From Macrostomum lignano (Eukaryota), in assembly GCA_002269645.1 (NCBI GenBank), contig NIVC01000525.1, positions 518,395 through 582,394 on the forward strand: 64,000 nt of DNA, read 5' to 3'. The position numbers and the translations under genes are program-made. Position 1 is the first letter of the stretch; the number at the start of each line of letters is the position of its first letter. The notes under the pieces are model-generated. The model saw nothing but the letters and a program-made list of their open reading frames with translations. It ran no database searches and was not told where the DNA came from. This document shows positions 47,176 through 59,850 of the stretch, one piece after another.

Positions 47176-47768
47176 GTCTTTGACATCGACAGCGGAGGAC
47201 GAAGGAACAGTCATGGAATCCTTCATGGAAAGTATGCAGCAGTACCCGGGGTACAGTCAGCAGCAACAGCTACAGCAGCAGCAGCAGCAGCAACGGCAAC
47301 AGCAACAACAGCCTCCATCAGGCCTTGCTTTCCCGGCTAGACAGGAGCGTAAAGTGTCCACTTCGTCGATCACGTTGAACTTCACCGGTCAGAGACCGCC
47401 TGCTGGACCTGCTGTAAGACAGCCGCTGCAGCACCCGCTGCAGCACCCGCTGCAGCACCCGCTGCAGCACCCGCTGCAGCACCCGCAGCAGCACCCGCAG
47501 TCGCGCTCACTCGGCGGCAGTTTGCCGCGCCGATCCTCAAATCCGGCGCCGCCGCAGATGGCGCGACACCAGGGCCCATCTCCGTACGCGGCTCAGCCGC
47601 CGCAGCCGCCGCCGCCTCCGCCGCAGCCGCCGCAGCCACCGCAGCCACCGCAGGCCTATGGCGGCGGCGGCGCCAACTCGCTCCGCCTGCTGCAGTGGCT
47701 CAGCAGCAGCTCGGACAACATGATGGATCGAGACGTGCGAGACGAAGTTTGGCAAAAGCTGAGACAGC
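47176..47768 (+). CDS. Q/P-rich exon (probably same gene)
   Basis: GGCAG| acceptor, MESFMESMQQYPG...RDEVWQKLRQ, donor C|GTGAGT phase 1. Confidence 0.7.
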
Positions 47769-48004
47769 GTGAGTTGAGAAGATTATATCGAGTTACAGTA
47801 GTCATTTTCCACCCACCTTCATGCGTAAAATAATTTTTAAGAACTTCAGAAATGTAAAAGATATTGTGAAAAATCTCGATCGGGTATCCATAGTCGCCTG
47901 GTGTCACTCGTTGAAGGAGTCGACGGCGTCGGGGTGATGACAGAATTCTCAAGAGTCTAGCCTAGGATGTTCAGCAGTTGACGTTTGATCAGCGAAACTA
48001 AAGA

Positions 48005-48420
48005 AATTTGCTGAGGATAAAGTGGCACCCAGTCTTGAAATAAAGTGGCACAGTCTGAGGATAAAGTGGCACACAGTCTGAGGATAAAGTAGCACACAGG
48101 CTGAGGATAAAGTAGCACACAGGCTGAGGATAAAGTGGCACACAGGCTGAGGATAAAGTGGCCACACAGTCTAAGGATAAAGTAGCACACAGTTTGAGGA
48201 TAAAGTGGCACACAGTCTGAGGATAAAGTAGCACACAGGCTGAGGATAAAGTGGCACACAGGCTGAGGATAAAGTGGCCACACAGTCTAAGGATAAAGTG
48301 GCACACAGTCTTGGGATAAAGTGGCACACAGTCCGAGGATAAAGTTGCACCCAGTCTTGAAATAAAGTGGCACAGTCTGAGGATAAGGTGGCACACAGTC
48401 TGAGGATGAAGTGGCACACA
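48005..48420. repeat. 23-bp GAGGATAAAGTGGCACACAGTCT array
   Basis: About 18 copies; same family as 51735-52210. Confidence 0.92.
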
Positions 48421-48480
48421 GTGGCAATTAGAAGCTACAGAAAAGCTGAAACGCCATCCCGGATGTTCCTCATATTCCAG

Positions 48481-48945
48481 CAGCTTCTCCGCAGCGCCAG
48501 CTCAGCCACTCAGCCAGCAGCAGCACTCATCAGGGCCTGGTGGTTCCCCAGCCGCAGCCGATGTACCAGCGCTTCAGCAGCGGTGGCGGCAGCGGAGGCG
48601 CCGGACAGCCTCTGCGCGCCTCGGCCAGCACAAGCGACATCGCCGCCGGAGTTGGCGGAGCCGGCGGCGACACCCAGTCGGAGGCCGGGGACGATTATTT
48701 CCGCAGGCGGCTGCAGCAGAACCTGCAGCAGCAACAGCAGCAGCCGGGGGGCCTCGGCAGGCCGGCCCCCGTTCGAGCTGCCTTCAATCCGGCCCTGCGG
48801 GTGCCCCGATCGAGAGCCAGACGGGAGCAGCTGCTGCAGCAGCGGCCGCCCGACCAGATGGAGGCCATCCGGGCCACCATTCGGGCCAACCAGCAGCAGC
48901 TGCAACAGCAGCAACAGGCGGCTGCGATGGAGAAGGCCGAACCCA
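48481..48945 (+). CDS. Q/G-rich exon (probably same gene)
   Basis: TTCCAG| acceptor phase 1, PASPQRQL...DDYFRRRLQQNL...MEKAEP, donor A|GTGAG phase 1. Confidence 0.7.
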
Positions 48946-49024
48946 GTGAGCACTATTCTTATCCCTGCTTCATCTGCCTGCTCCTCTTTCATCTCTCTAT
49001 CCTTTTTTTCCCTGTCGCTTTCCT

Positions 49025-50560
49025 CCTCTACCTGTCTCCCTCTACCTGTCTCCCTCTACCTGTCTCCCTCTACCTGTCTCCCTCTACCTGTCTCCCTCTA
49101 CCTGTCTCCCTCTACCTGTCTCCCTCTACCTGTCTCCCTCTACCTGTCTCCCTCTACCTGTCTCCCTCTACCTGTCTCCCTTTACCTGTCTCCCTCTACC
49201 TGTCTCCCTCTACCTGTCTCCCTCTACCTGTCTCCCTCTACCTGTCTCCCTTTCTCCACTTGTCTCTTTTCTTTCTCTACCTGTCTCTCTTCTCCCTCCA
49301 CCTGTCTCTCTCTCCTCTCTCTACCTGTCTCTCTCCTCTCTCCACCTGTATCTCTCTCTCCTCTCTCTACCTGTCTCTCTCCTCTCTCCACCTGTCTCTC
49401 TCTCCTCTCTCTACTTGTCTCTCTCCTCTCTCCACCTGTATCTCTCTCTCCTCTCTCTACCTGTCTCTCTCCTCTCTCTACCTGTCTCTCTCCTCTCTCT
49501 ACTTGTCTCTCTCCTCTCTCCACCTGTATCTCTCTCTCCTCTCTCTACCTGTCTCTCTCCTCTCTCCACCTGTCTCTCTCTCCTCTCTCTACTTGTCTCT
49601 CTCCTCTCTCCACCTGTATCTCTCTCTCCTCTCTCTACCTGTCCCTCTCCTCTCTCCACCTGTCTCTCTCTCCTCTCTCTACTTGTCTCTCTCCTCTCTC
49701 CACCTGTATCTCTCTCTCCTCTCTCTACGTGTCTCTCCTCTCTCTCTACCTGTCTCTCCTCTCTCTCTACCTGTCTCTCCTCTCTCTACGTGTCTCTCCT
49801 CTCTCTACCTGTCTCTCCTCTCTCTACGTGTCTCTCCTTTCTCTACCTGTCTCTCCTCTCTCTACGTGTCTCTCCTCTCTCTACCTGTCTCTCCTCTCTC
49901 TACCTGTCTCTCCTCTCTCTACTTGTTTCTCTCCTCTCTCCACATGTATCTCTCTCTCCTCTCTCTACCTGTCTCTCTCCTCTCTCTACCTGTCTCTCTC
50001 CTCTCTCTACTTGTCTCTCTCTTCTCTCCACCTGTATCTCTCTCTCCTCTCTCTACGTGTCTCTCCTCTCTCTACCTGTCTCTCCTCTCTCTACGTGTCT
50101 CTCCTCTCTCTACCTGTCTCTCCTCTCTCTACGTGTCTCTCCTCTCTCTACCTGTCTCTCCTCTCTCTACCTGTCTCTCCTCTCTCTACCTGTCTCTCCT
50201 CTCTCTACCTGTCTCTCCTCTCTCTACGTGTCTCTCCTCTCTCTACCTGTCTCTCCTCTCTCTACCTGTATCTCCTCTCTCTACCTGTCTCTCCTCTCTC
50301 TACCTGTCTCTCCTCTCTCTACCTGTCTCTCCTCTCTCCTCTCTCTACCTTTCTCTCCTCTCTCTACCTGTCTCTCCTCTCTCTACGTGTCTCTCCTCTC
50401 TCCACCTGTATCTCTCTCTCCTCTCTCTACCTGTCTCTCTCCTCTCTCTACCTGTCTCTCTCCTCTCTCTACTTGTCTCTCTCCTCTCTCCACCTGTATC
50501 TCTCTCTCCTCTCTCTACCTGTCTCTCTCCTCTCTCTACCTGTCTCTCCTCTCTCTGACA
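49025..50560. repeat. CT-rich compound repeat (CTCTACCTGTCTCC variants), 1.5 kb, intronic
   Basis: 14-bp units followed by expanded CT-rich variants; source of the spurious 519-741 aa ORFs. Confidence 0.95.
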
Positions 50561-50689
50561 TGTCTCTTTCCTCTGCGAGTGTTTTCTATTAAATCAATCC
50601 TCTTTGTCTCACCTACCCGCTCGATCGCTTCTCTTCCCCTCCAAACGCCAGCTGCTGCCTGCAATGCCACGCACCCCCGGCAATTCCAG

Positions 50690-50910
50690 ACGAGCTGTCG
50701 CACAACCCGCGCTTCCAGCAGCTCCGCGAGCAGCTCCAGTCGCAGCCGTCAGTTGAAGACAACGGCGGCGGCGACGGCCTGGCGGTGGCCCGCGAGGACA
50801 ACACGGACTCCGCCAAGCGCATTGACGAACTTCGCCGAATCCAACTGGGAGCGCCCGCGGGTGTCGGCGACAGTCAGCAGCGCCAGCAGCGGGCAGCCAG
50901 CGAGTTCTGA
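50690..50910 (+). CDS. Terminal exon ending ...AASEF*
   Basis: TTCCAG|AC GAG CTG in phase 1 gives NELSHNPRFQQLREQL...SAKRIDELRRIQL...SEF-stop. Confidence 0.65.
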
Positions 50911-51734
50911 TCAGCCAAGGACACCTGGAAATAGCGAGGCCGATTGGTTTTACTCTGCAAAATGCATTGGATAGATAACATTTTTCCTGCCTTTTTTAGG
51001 CAAGGCAAGCTTCCAACAATTCATTTATTACGTTAGATATAATATTAATAACAGTAAATAGATGCCCTGGCGCAACGCCTTCAGCGACGCTCACACAGGT
51101 GTACAACGGCGCCTTCGTGTGTGTGAGTAGCACGACAACGCCCATTCGAAATTGGGGAGAGAGGTCAACATGTACTCTACTCAATAAATCAAAAACACTT
51201 TGAGAATGCGATGAATTTGCCCCATCCTTGTTAATGCGTTAATCGCGGCCTTCAAAGTATCGTGTTTTTTATCGCTTCTCATTTTGTAGAATATAGTACA
51301 GCGCTACTATTTAACTACTCGAGTACTTCAATAGTAGTATGATGCAAATCCATCGCTGAATTTTTAACAGTATTCATAATGCATCTGCTTCATTGCCTTA
51401 AAATTAATTGCTGTGTTAGTTAGTTCACAGCTTCTGTAGTTGACTAAAGTTAGCAAAATTTAGAATTTACTTACTGCATGTTAGTTTGCGAATAATGCTT
51501 TTGTTTGACGAGCTATTGAAATCTGCGAATTATGAAAAGAAAAAAATTGAAAATTACTTGTCTAACATTTTGTGGGTAACACACTGATTTGGCTTGTGCT
51601 AAGCTTTTCTGCCTTAAATATATTATATATTCAGCATTCGCACATCATTCTTCTGGAATAATGTTACCGTTTTGTTCATCACTAGTATAATACGACAGTA
51701 TTGTCCCTGTCCTGTTATAAGTTTATATAACACC

Positions 51735-52210
51735 CTAATCTGAGGACAAAGTGGCATAGTCTCGGGATAAATCGGCATAGTTTTGGGATAAAGTGGCGAA
51801 TTCATTGGAAAATGGGAGTCTTGGGATAAAGTGGCTCACAGTCTTGGGATAAAGTGTCACACAGTCTTGGGATAAAGTGGCAAACAGTCTTGGGATAAAG
51901 TGGCTCACAATCTTGGGATAAAGTGGCTCACAATCTTGGGATAAAGTGGCTCACAATCTTGGGATAAAGTGGCTCACAGTCTTGGGATAAAGTGGCTCAC
52001 AGTCTTGGGATAAAGTGGCTCACAGTCTTGGGATAAAGTGGCTCACAGTCTTGGGATGAAGTGGCACACAGTCTTGGGATAAAGTGGCTCACAGTCTTGG
52101 GATCAAGTGGCTCACAGTCTTGGGATAAAGTGGCTCACAGTCTTGGGATAAAGTGGCTCACAGTCTGAGGATAAAGTGGCACACAGTCTTGGGATAAAGT
52201 GGCACACAAT
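51735..52210. repeat. 23-bp CTTGGGATAAAGTGGCTCACAGT array
   Basis: About 18 copies. Confidence 0.92.
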
Positions 52211-52887
52211 TTGATAATTAAGGTGGCGCGATATTAAATTAAAAACGGACACATTTAGGTAATCGAATACTACAAGAACAACTTTGTAATTTCTACAAGA
52301 ACTGAGTATGCAGTTCATTTGATCAGCAAAAGATGTAAAATTAATATCCACGGGCAAGGGCTCGCCCGAGTGCTCAACCCTAATTCAACAGGGCTACACT
52401 GTGTCAGCCAGCCAGACAAAGATAATTGATTAGCTGCAGCATGACTGTCAGACGGAAGGTGGAGGGGGGAGAGAAGGAATTTTAAGAGCCATTAAAATTC
52501 GCAACGGGCTTTGCAACCCCGTTTTTAACCATCATATTCAACTGAGGTGCTCAATTACTGGCTGATAACAATCGTGTTTTATAAATGACTGTTTCAACTG
52601 GATTAAGAGTGGGTGGTCCAACACGGCGCCTCTCATGTGCCAGCGGCCCAGGCTCGATTCCAAGTGCAGCCACATTAATTTATGTTTAAATCGGAATCTG
52701 GGCTTGACTCTGCTCGTGCAATTAGCGGCCTTGAGGGCCAACCCCCAAGGCGCAGTGAAGTGTACATGCCTAACGATAATAAAAGTTATGGCCGCTGTAC
52801 ACTCCTGTGTGAGTGTGTGCCTGTGCGTATGGCTGCGTACGTATCTGCCGCTTGTGTGCCTGTGTCCGCGCTTGTGTGTACAGAGAT

Positions 52888-53203
52888 ATGCAGCATCGGA
52901 GCCTGCAAATTAGCGGCATTTTGGCGAGTTTTGCCGAGGGCACCACTGTCCATGGCATCGGCAGGCTGAGCCAGGGCCCCTCGGTCAAGAGGCTGCTGTG
53001 GTGCTGCATCGTGACCGCGGCCTGTGTGGGATTCAGTTTGCACCTGTCCGAGGTTGTGCAGCACTACCTGTCTTATCCCGTTGGCACCGAGTTTCTTGCC
53101 GACGAAGAGAATTTCCAGTTTCCCGACGTCACTTTCTGTCCGACTAATCTGATCTCGGATGACTACGGGCACGACCCGGTGCCCAGCAACTACAGCCTGC
53201 CAG
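52888..53203 (+). CDS. DEG/ENaC (amiloride-sensitive sodium channel family) gene, first recognisable coding exon
   Basis: FAEGTTVHG (pre-TM1 HG motif), TM1 RLLWCCIVTAACVGFSLHL, YLSYPV, FPDVTFCPTN; donor G|GTGAGT. Confidence 0.88.
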
Positions 53204-53364
53204 GTGAGTTGGGGAATGGCTTTGATGATATTTTGGTAAACCTATGGGAATGAGCGGAATCCCTTTAGGAACTTTTTGAAACCTTTGGGAGTCTTAGGGA
53301 AGCCTTAACAACCATCGGGACCTTAAGCCTGAAGGCTTAAGAACCTTCAGAATCTCAGGAAAAT

Positions 53365-53885
53365 GTCCAGGGAGTGGCTTCAGGATCTCAGGACAGGTCA
53401 GGGAGTGGCTTCATGATCTCAGGACAGGTCAGGGAGTGGCTTCAGGATCTCAGGACAGGTCAGGGAGAGAGTAGCTTCAGGATCTCAGGGACAGGTCAGG
53501 GAGTGGCTTCAGGACCTCAGGGACAGGTCAGGGAGTGGCTTCAGGATCTCAGGGACAGGTCAGGGAGTGGCTTCAGAACCTCAGGGACAGGTCAGGGAGT
53601 GGCTTCAGAACCTCAGGGACAGGTTAGGGAGTGGCTTCAGGATCTCAGGGACAGGTCAGGGAGAGAGTGGCTTCAGGATCTCAGGACAGGTCAGGGAGTG
53701 GCTTCAGGATTATAGGGACAAGTCAGGGAGAGAGTGGCTTCAGGATCTCAGGACAGGTCAGGGAGTGGCTTCAGGATCTCAGGGACAGGTTAGGGAGTGG
53801 CTTCAAGATCTCAGGGACAGGTCTGGGAGTGCCTTCAAGATCTCAGGGACAGGTCAGGGAGTGGCTTCAGAACCTCAGGGACAGG
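53365..53885. repeat. 31-32-bp minisatellite in ENaC intron 1
   Basis: GTCAGGGAGTGGCTTCAGGATCTCAGG(G)ACAG, about 16 copies. Confidence 0.93.
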
Positions 53886-53974
53886 CTATGGTAAGAATTA
53901 ACCGTGAACTATTAAATAAACCTATGCATCGAACCATGCAAGCCACGACAGGTTTCTCTTCAGCATGATTTAAG

Positions 53975-54190
53975 ACTTGGCCCGTTTCTACTTGCAACTC
54001 TCGGTGCCGATCGAGAACGCGTCGGTGCCCCGCATCGGCTTCAGCGCCTACGCTGACGTTAGTCTGGCGTTGAAGAACTTCTCCTACAGGGGCAAGTACT
54101 TCCAGAAGCCGTACGAGACTTTCATTTACTGTCGGTTCAACTCCGCCCGTGCGACTTCCGGAAATTCACAGTATACAAGGATGAGCAGAG
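53975..54190 (+). CDS. DEG/ENaC exon 2 with a 1-nt frameshift at about 54147
   Basis: DLARFYL...PYETFIYCRFNSA then, shifted, CDFRKFTVYKDEQ matches the C.F....C...F pattern of the family; donor AG|GTGACT. Confidence 0.6.
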
Positions 54191-55016
54191 GTGACTGGCT
54201 GACTCAATGGGTGCCAAGAGTGACAGAGGGGCTGCAAGGAACCACAGGGAATCCCATCCCAATAAAAATGAAACCTATTCGTAAAGCCAAGAAGCGTTCC
54301 ACAGTCAATTGCGTCGCCCCAGAGTCGGTTCAGAGGTAAAATTGGAAAGAAGTGACTTTGAAACGACTCTAACATGACGAGCATGCCACGGTACAAGTCG
54401 TCAAAGAGTCGCCCAAGAATCTATTTGAAGCGTTTTTTATCGTCTGCGACCTTGAAGCGACTCTGGGTCGATGGTATAACGTCTCAAACTCTGGGCAGTA
54501 GAGTCGATCTGAGGCGTGCCGCGGAGTCGCTGTAGAGTCACTGATTTGTGTTTGAAGCGCGTTTGCGTCGCTTGATAAATCAGATTCATCTCTAGCGAAA
54601 GTTCAGCGTTCAACACAACGATTCTTGGACGACTCTTTCACGATTCTACAGCTCACAACTCACGTGACGCGCTTGTGACGCAACAGTCGGTCGCCTCTCC
54701 GTCGCATTAGACGCGTTTGAGTCGTTAAAAAGTCGCAAGAGCCGCCCCAGAGTCACTACAGAGTTGTTTTCAATTACTCTATAGCGATTCTGGTCATGGT
54801 AACGCTTTTAACGGGCAGGAGTGACCGGTCATTCCAGAAGAAGTCATTCCAGGAGTACACTCTTGGATCTCGTAGATTACTATTTTTATCATTGTATTTT
54901 CGATATAAGCTCGCATTTCAATTTAGATTTGGACATCAGATATTCGAAGTTTTCATTCCAAATTACGAGCAAAAATTCGAATTCAGCGTGCCAGCAACCC
55001 ATCTAAAACCTCCCAG

Positions 55017-55176
55017 GTTTCTCTGCATGACTATCAAGACAAGAAATCGAACAGTTGTTCGTGCAGGCAGCGGAAACGGGTTGTACGCCTTGCTGATGAG
55101 CAAGTCGCGATCGTTCCTGACCGAAAAGAGCAGATTGACTATGTGCCCGGCTTTTCCATGGCGCTGCACAAAACAG
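55017..55176 (+). CDS. DEG/ENaC exon 3 with a 1-nt frameshift at about 55088
   Basis: RFLCMTIK...AGSGNGLY then, shifted, LADEQ...DYVPGFSMALHKT; CCTCCCAG| and G|GTAATC. Confidence 0.6.
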
Positions 55177-55182
55177 GTAATC

Positions 55183-55830
<648 letters not shown>

Positions 55831-58254
55831 ACAATGCCCAAGCTGCACTATCCCTTAATCCCGTGAGAAAAGAGCAAACCAGCATCGGGCAAAGCACACA
55901 AAGTTTACTTGCTCTGATTTCCAATTCAGAACTCCAGGTGAGAGATTAGGGATTCTGTGCTAAAAAACTGAAAACCTGTCTCACTCATCCAGCGATAATT
56001 GCAAGACCTACCATTGTAGCGTCCTTCTGCGTGTGCTTTAGCTGTCCATGCCTAAACCTGTCTCTTATTATAGCTATTATATTTGTTTAAAAAATCCTTA
56101 AAATGTTTATCCACGCTACTTAAAGTACGAGAACCAGCATATAGCAAGCTCTTTTTGCGGCCGATTTGTTTTAGCAGCACTGAATCTGTTTCGCGAGTCG
56201 CTGAGTTGCGGACTTTTATATATTATTTTCTATTTTCTTTGCCAAACTATGGAACCAAAATTTATTTTGCCTAGTTATAAATAAAAATCATTCATTCTGA
56301 ACTAAAAAACTCTCTCTTCTGGAAGACAAACCAGTCTGGTATTTAGCCAAAAGAAAACATGTTCGACTTCTGTTCTCCCGGTTCCGCCGGGTGGAGAGTG
56401 TGCGAGGGGAATCTCTCTCTAGTTTCTCCCATGCAGTCCCCAGTTCTCTTCGTCTAGCTTCCCAAGCCTCTAAAGCTCGTTTCCCCGCGGACGAAGGCAA
56501 TGGGATTAAAAAAATGGGGTAGCCAAGTCCAAGCAACGGGAGCACGAAGGAGGGATTTCGGCTCACCCGCTTGAGCTGGAGGGGTGGAGAATATTCGGAG
56601 GCTAGCCATGCAGAAGGAAGACCCTGACTCAGGCCTGAGCACCGCCTCTCCAGCCAGCCCTACCTTTTCTCGGGAGGAGGGGGTGGAGGGAAGGGGCAGA
56701 GGCTTCGTGAGCGCCATCCCAGCTCCTGCTCACAGTAAGAAGGGGATCCAGTAGCCATAGGTATACAGACAGAGAGCGCCATATCAGCTGCGAGGGTTGG
56801 GGTGTGGGAGGTGCCGGGAAGACGCTCGGCGAGGAGAAGGAGAAGAAAAAATCTGGCGGGTGGGGCCGAGCCTTTTAGACCGGCAGCCAGGAACCGCCGC
56901 CCTCTACCCCCGGTCTCTCTCTCCCGTCCTTGCTCATTCCAGACCAGTCACCGCCAGTCTCAGCATCCGCCATCAACCCCCCCCTCTCTATGCTCTCCAG
57001 CTGCAGTGAGAGCAGTTTGGCACCCGCTGGCTGTCTGGCTCCTCCCGCAGCTCCCCTCCCCTAGGGAAGTCAGCAGAAGTACAGAAGAGCAGGGAGCAGA
57101 GATAAGCTTTGAGTGAGACAGAGGAGAGCGGCGAGGCGACTGTACACCGCTGCAGAGGCCTGATAGCAGTGCAAAAATAGTACACGCCAAGCAAGGCTAG
57201 GACTGGGGGATTATTGCACGGGAGAAAACGAAGGGGAAAGCTAGGCCTGAGCTGCCTGACCCTGCGGCACCTGGAGCCTAATTCCCTTGCAAACTGCTGC
57301 TAGCTATAAGGCCTGTTGCTTGACCAGCTCTGCTGATAAAGACATGCATAGAGAGGATCTTTGCCCCACGGCATCCGGGTGACGCGAGAGATCGATTCAG
57401 AAGGCGGCCGGCTGGGGGCGAACTAAGCGAATTACAGCAGCTGGCGGCTCAGTACTAACCGGATGAGCATGAGAAGGTTATGGATAATTCAGAGACAGGC
57501 TGGATAGATAGACTTGCTGCAGAGGGCCGAGAGCAGATTAGCGGGGACCAGTATAGCTAGCTAAAAATAGCGCATAGACTAGCAAAGCCTACTAGAAAAA
57601 GGCAAACAAAAGACATCCAGCACCATGACAGATTTTCATGTGGCTTCAATCAAGCACAACTTTAATATTTTAGTTAAATAATTATCGTATACATATATAT
57701 ATATGTAAATATTAACTTTTACATAATATCATATATAAATAGACGCACAAAAACACTCACGTGAAAACTTGAAGGTCTGTGCGCAGCAGAGCAGAGTTCG
57801 CAGATAAAAACTTCAGAGAGAACGGATCGTTGCACTTTATTGTAAAAAAGTACATCGAATAGTGCAAGCATTGATTTGCTTATGCGTTTTTTGAAGTACT
57901 ATTTTACCGCGGCACTGAACTTGTGGGGAGTCAAATGACAGGCAAATTATAATTCACTTTCAACACAGGAGATAAGCGGGCCTACAAGCGGCTAGATGTA
58001 TAAATAGCTCACAACTATGTAGATAGATATATGCGATTCAGACTAGTGCAAGCACAAAGCGTACTATTAAGCTTGCGAGAACACAGAAAACCTTATTAAA
58101 TTTGCACATTAATTGACACAAAGCACACACTAACTCATTATTATGATTATCTGTAAGACATGGAACCTCTGCACTGTGCAGACTGCCAGCGGGAGTGCAA
58201 CAATAAAATGCTGCTGCAACTGTGCCAGCGAGATTGCAATCAGGAGAGGACACC

Positions 58255-58450
58255 GTCAGAATTCCGAGGACAGGAGACAGACATCTGAGGACAAGATGGC
58301 AGAATTCCGAGGACAGGAGACGGCAATCTAAGGACAGGAGACGGCAATCTAAGGACAGGAGACGGCAATCTAAGGACAGGAGATGGCAATCTAAGGACAG
58401 GAGACAGCAATCTAAGGACAGGAGACAGCAATCTAAGGACAGGAGACATG
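58255..58450. repeat. 21-bp AATCTAAGGACAGGAGACGGC array
   Basis: About 8 copies. Confidence 0.9.
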
Positions 58451-59081
58451 CATCTTTCAGGTCATAAAACAATATTACCAATGACAGAGCAGATCTGGCG
58501 GTTCAGAAGTTGCTCAAACAAAAAAGAAGACAATAAAGCATAAATACACCAGTGTAAAAAGCAGTTACGCCAGCAGAAGCAAGAGCGAATTCGAAAGAGA
58601 GACGCATCGCCAAGCAGCAGGGCGAATACTGCATAGCAACTAGCTTGATAACTGCTATAGTGACTAGATATAAGTTAAAAAAATTGAGGAACTCAAGGTT
58701 AAGGGTAGGTGAGAGAAGGGTAACCGCTATTCAAAATCTATTGTAAAATTGTATTGTAAAACTCTCATTGCAATCAGCAACAACAGAAATAAAAGCAACA
58801 AGTACGCGCACTGTCGGGGCACAGGGAAAAACAAAGCGACTAGAAATTAGCTCTTATTCGCGAACTGGGACAACCGCAGCTGGCTAGGCTATATCATTGA
58901 TAAATAAGTAATTAGCAAACACACAGAAACCGAGGGACGCACTCAGATAGACAGCTAATATTACAGTTTTAAAACAGATGTTTAAACAGTACAGTGCACA
59001 CACAAGAGCAGAGACAACACGGAGAGAAAAAACGAAAAAACGGCGATTGGCTTTTTACTATTTTTATAGTTATTAGCCATT

Positions 59082-59142
59082 GGGTAAACGGCGGGAGTAA
59101 CTATAACTGTCTTAATAAACCGAATTGCCTCGTCATTTAATT
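59082..59142 (+). other. 28S rRNA-derived fragment, copy D
   Basis: 52/61 ungapped matches by eye to the recalled 28S segment, first 23 nt identical. Confidence 0.82.
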
Positions 59143-59296
59143 TCCATGATAATTAGTCATTAAACCCAACTCCAGATAATGATAGGACAGGCTGACTACT
59201 GAAAAATACTTTGTATGTATCCAGAAAAAAACAACAATCGTCTTGTGATAATTGAATTTAAGTCTGCCGTTGCTACGCCGTTGCTAATTGGGTCGT

Positions 59297-59482
59297 TTAG
59301 TCGACAACGGCCTGGTCTGACCCGCCAGTGGCGCCCTCCTCAATCTCGGGACTGTAAAACGACGGCTCAGCGTTCCGGCCGGACTTCAGCTTGGCTTTGC
59401 TTTTCTTCAGCATTGAGGCGCGCAGGGCGCTGCGCAGGATTACAACCTGGCCGCTGGACTGCACCCACGGCTCGCCATCGAT
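59297..59482 (-). CDS. DGKQ: Diacylglycerol kinase (theta-like), terminal exon
   Basis: CAG|IDGEPWVQSSGQVVILRSALRASMLKKSK...VD*; 186 nt, phase 0. Subtype assignment from recalled similarity. Confidence 0.85.
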   Translation of the reverse strand: MDGEPWVQSSGQVVILRSALRASMLKKSKAKLKSGRNAEPSFYSPEIEEGATGGSDQAVVD

Positions 59483-59514
59483 CTGCGGTGCGGGAGGGAA
59501 GGCTGGCTGCTTAG

Positions 59515-59850
59515 CCTGAGGATCTGGGAGGCTGGCTGCTCAGCCTGAGGATCTGGGAGGCTGGCTGCTCAGCCTGAGGATCTGGGAGGCTGGCTGCTCA
59601 GTCTGATGATCTGGGAGGCTGGCTGCTCAGCCTGAGGATCTGGGAGGCTGGCTGCTCAGCCTGAGGTTCTGGGAGGCTGGCTGCTCAGCCTGAGGTTCTG
59701 GGAGGCTGGCTGCTCAGTCTGAGGATCTGGGAGGCTGGCTGCTCAGCCTGAGGATCTGGGAGGCTGGCTGCTCAGTCTGATGATCTGGGAGGCTGGCTGC
59801 TCAGTCTGATGATCTGGGAGGCTGGCTGCTCAGCCTGAGGATCTGGGAGG
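59515..59850. repeat. 29-bp minisatellite in DGK last intron
   Basis: GGAGGCTGGCTGCTCAGCCTGAGGATCTG, about 11 copies. Confidence 0.95.

Noticed and set aside
48367-50974. Very long ORFs of 741, 672 and 519 aa
   Set aside because: They run through a CT-rich tandem repeat that cannot encode stops; only 48481-48945 and 50690-50910 behave as exons with proper splice sites.
55850-55936. Fourth DEG/ENaC exon ending at CAG|GTGAG
   Set aside because: Good donor but no clear acceptor and no recognisable family motif.
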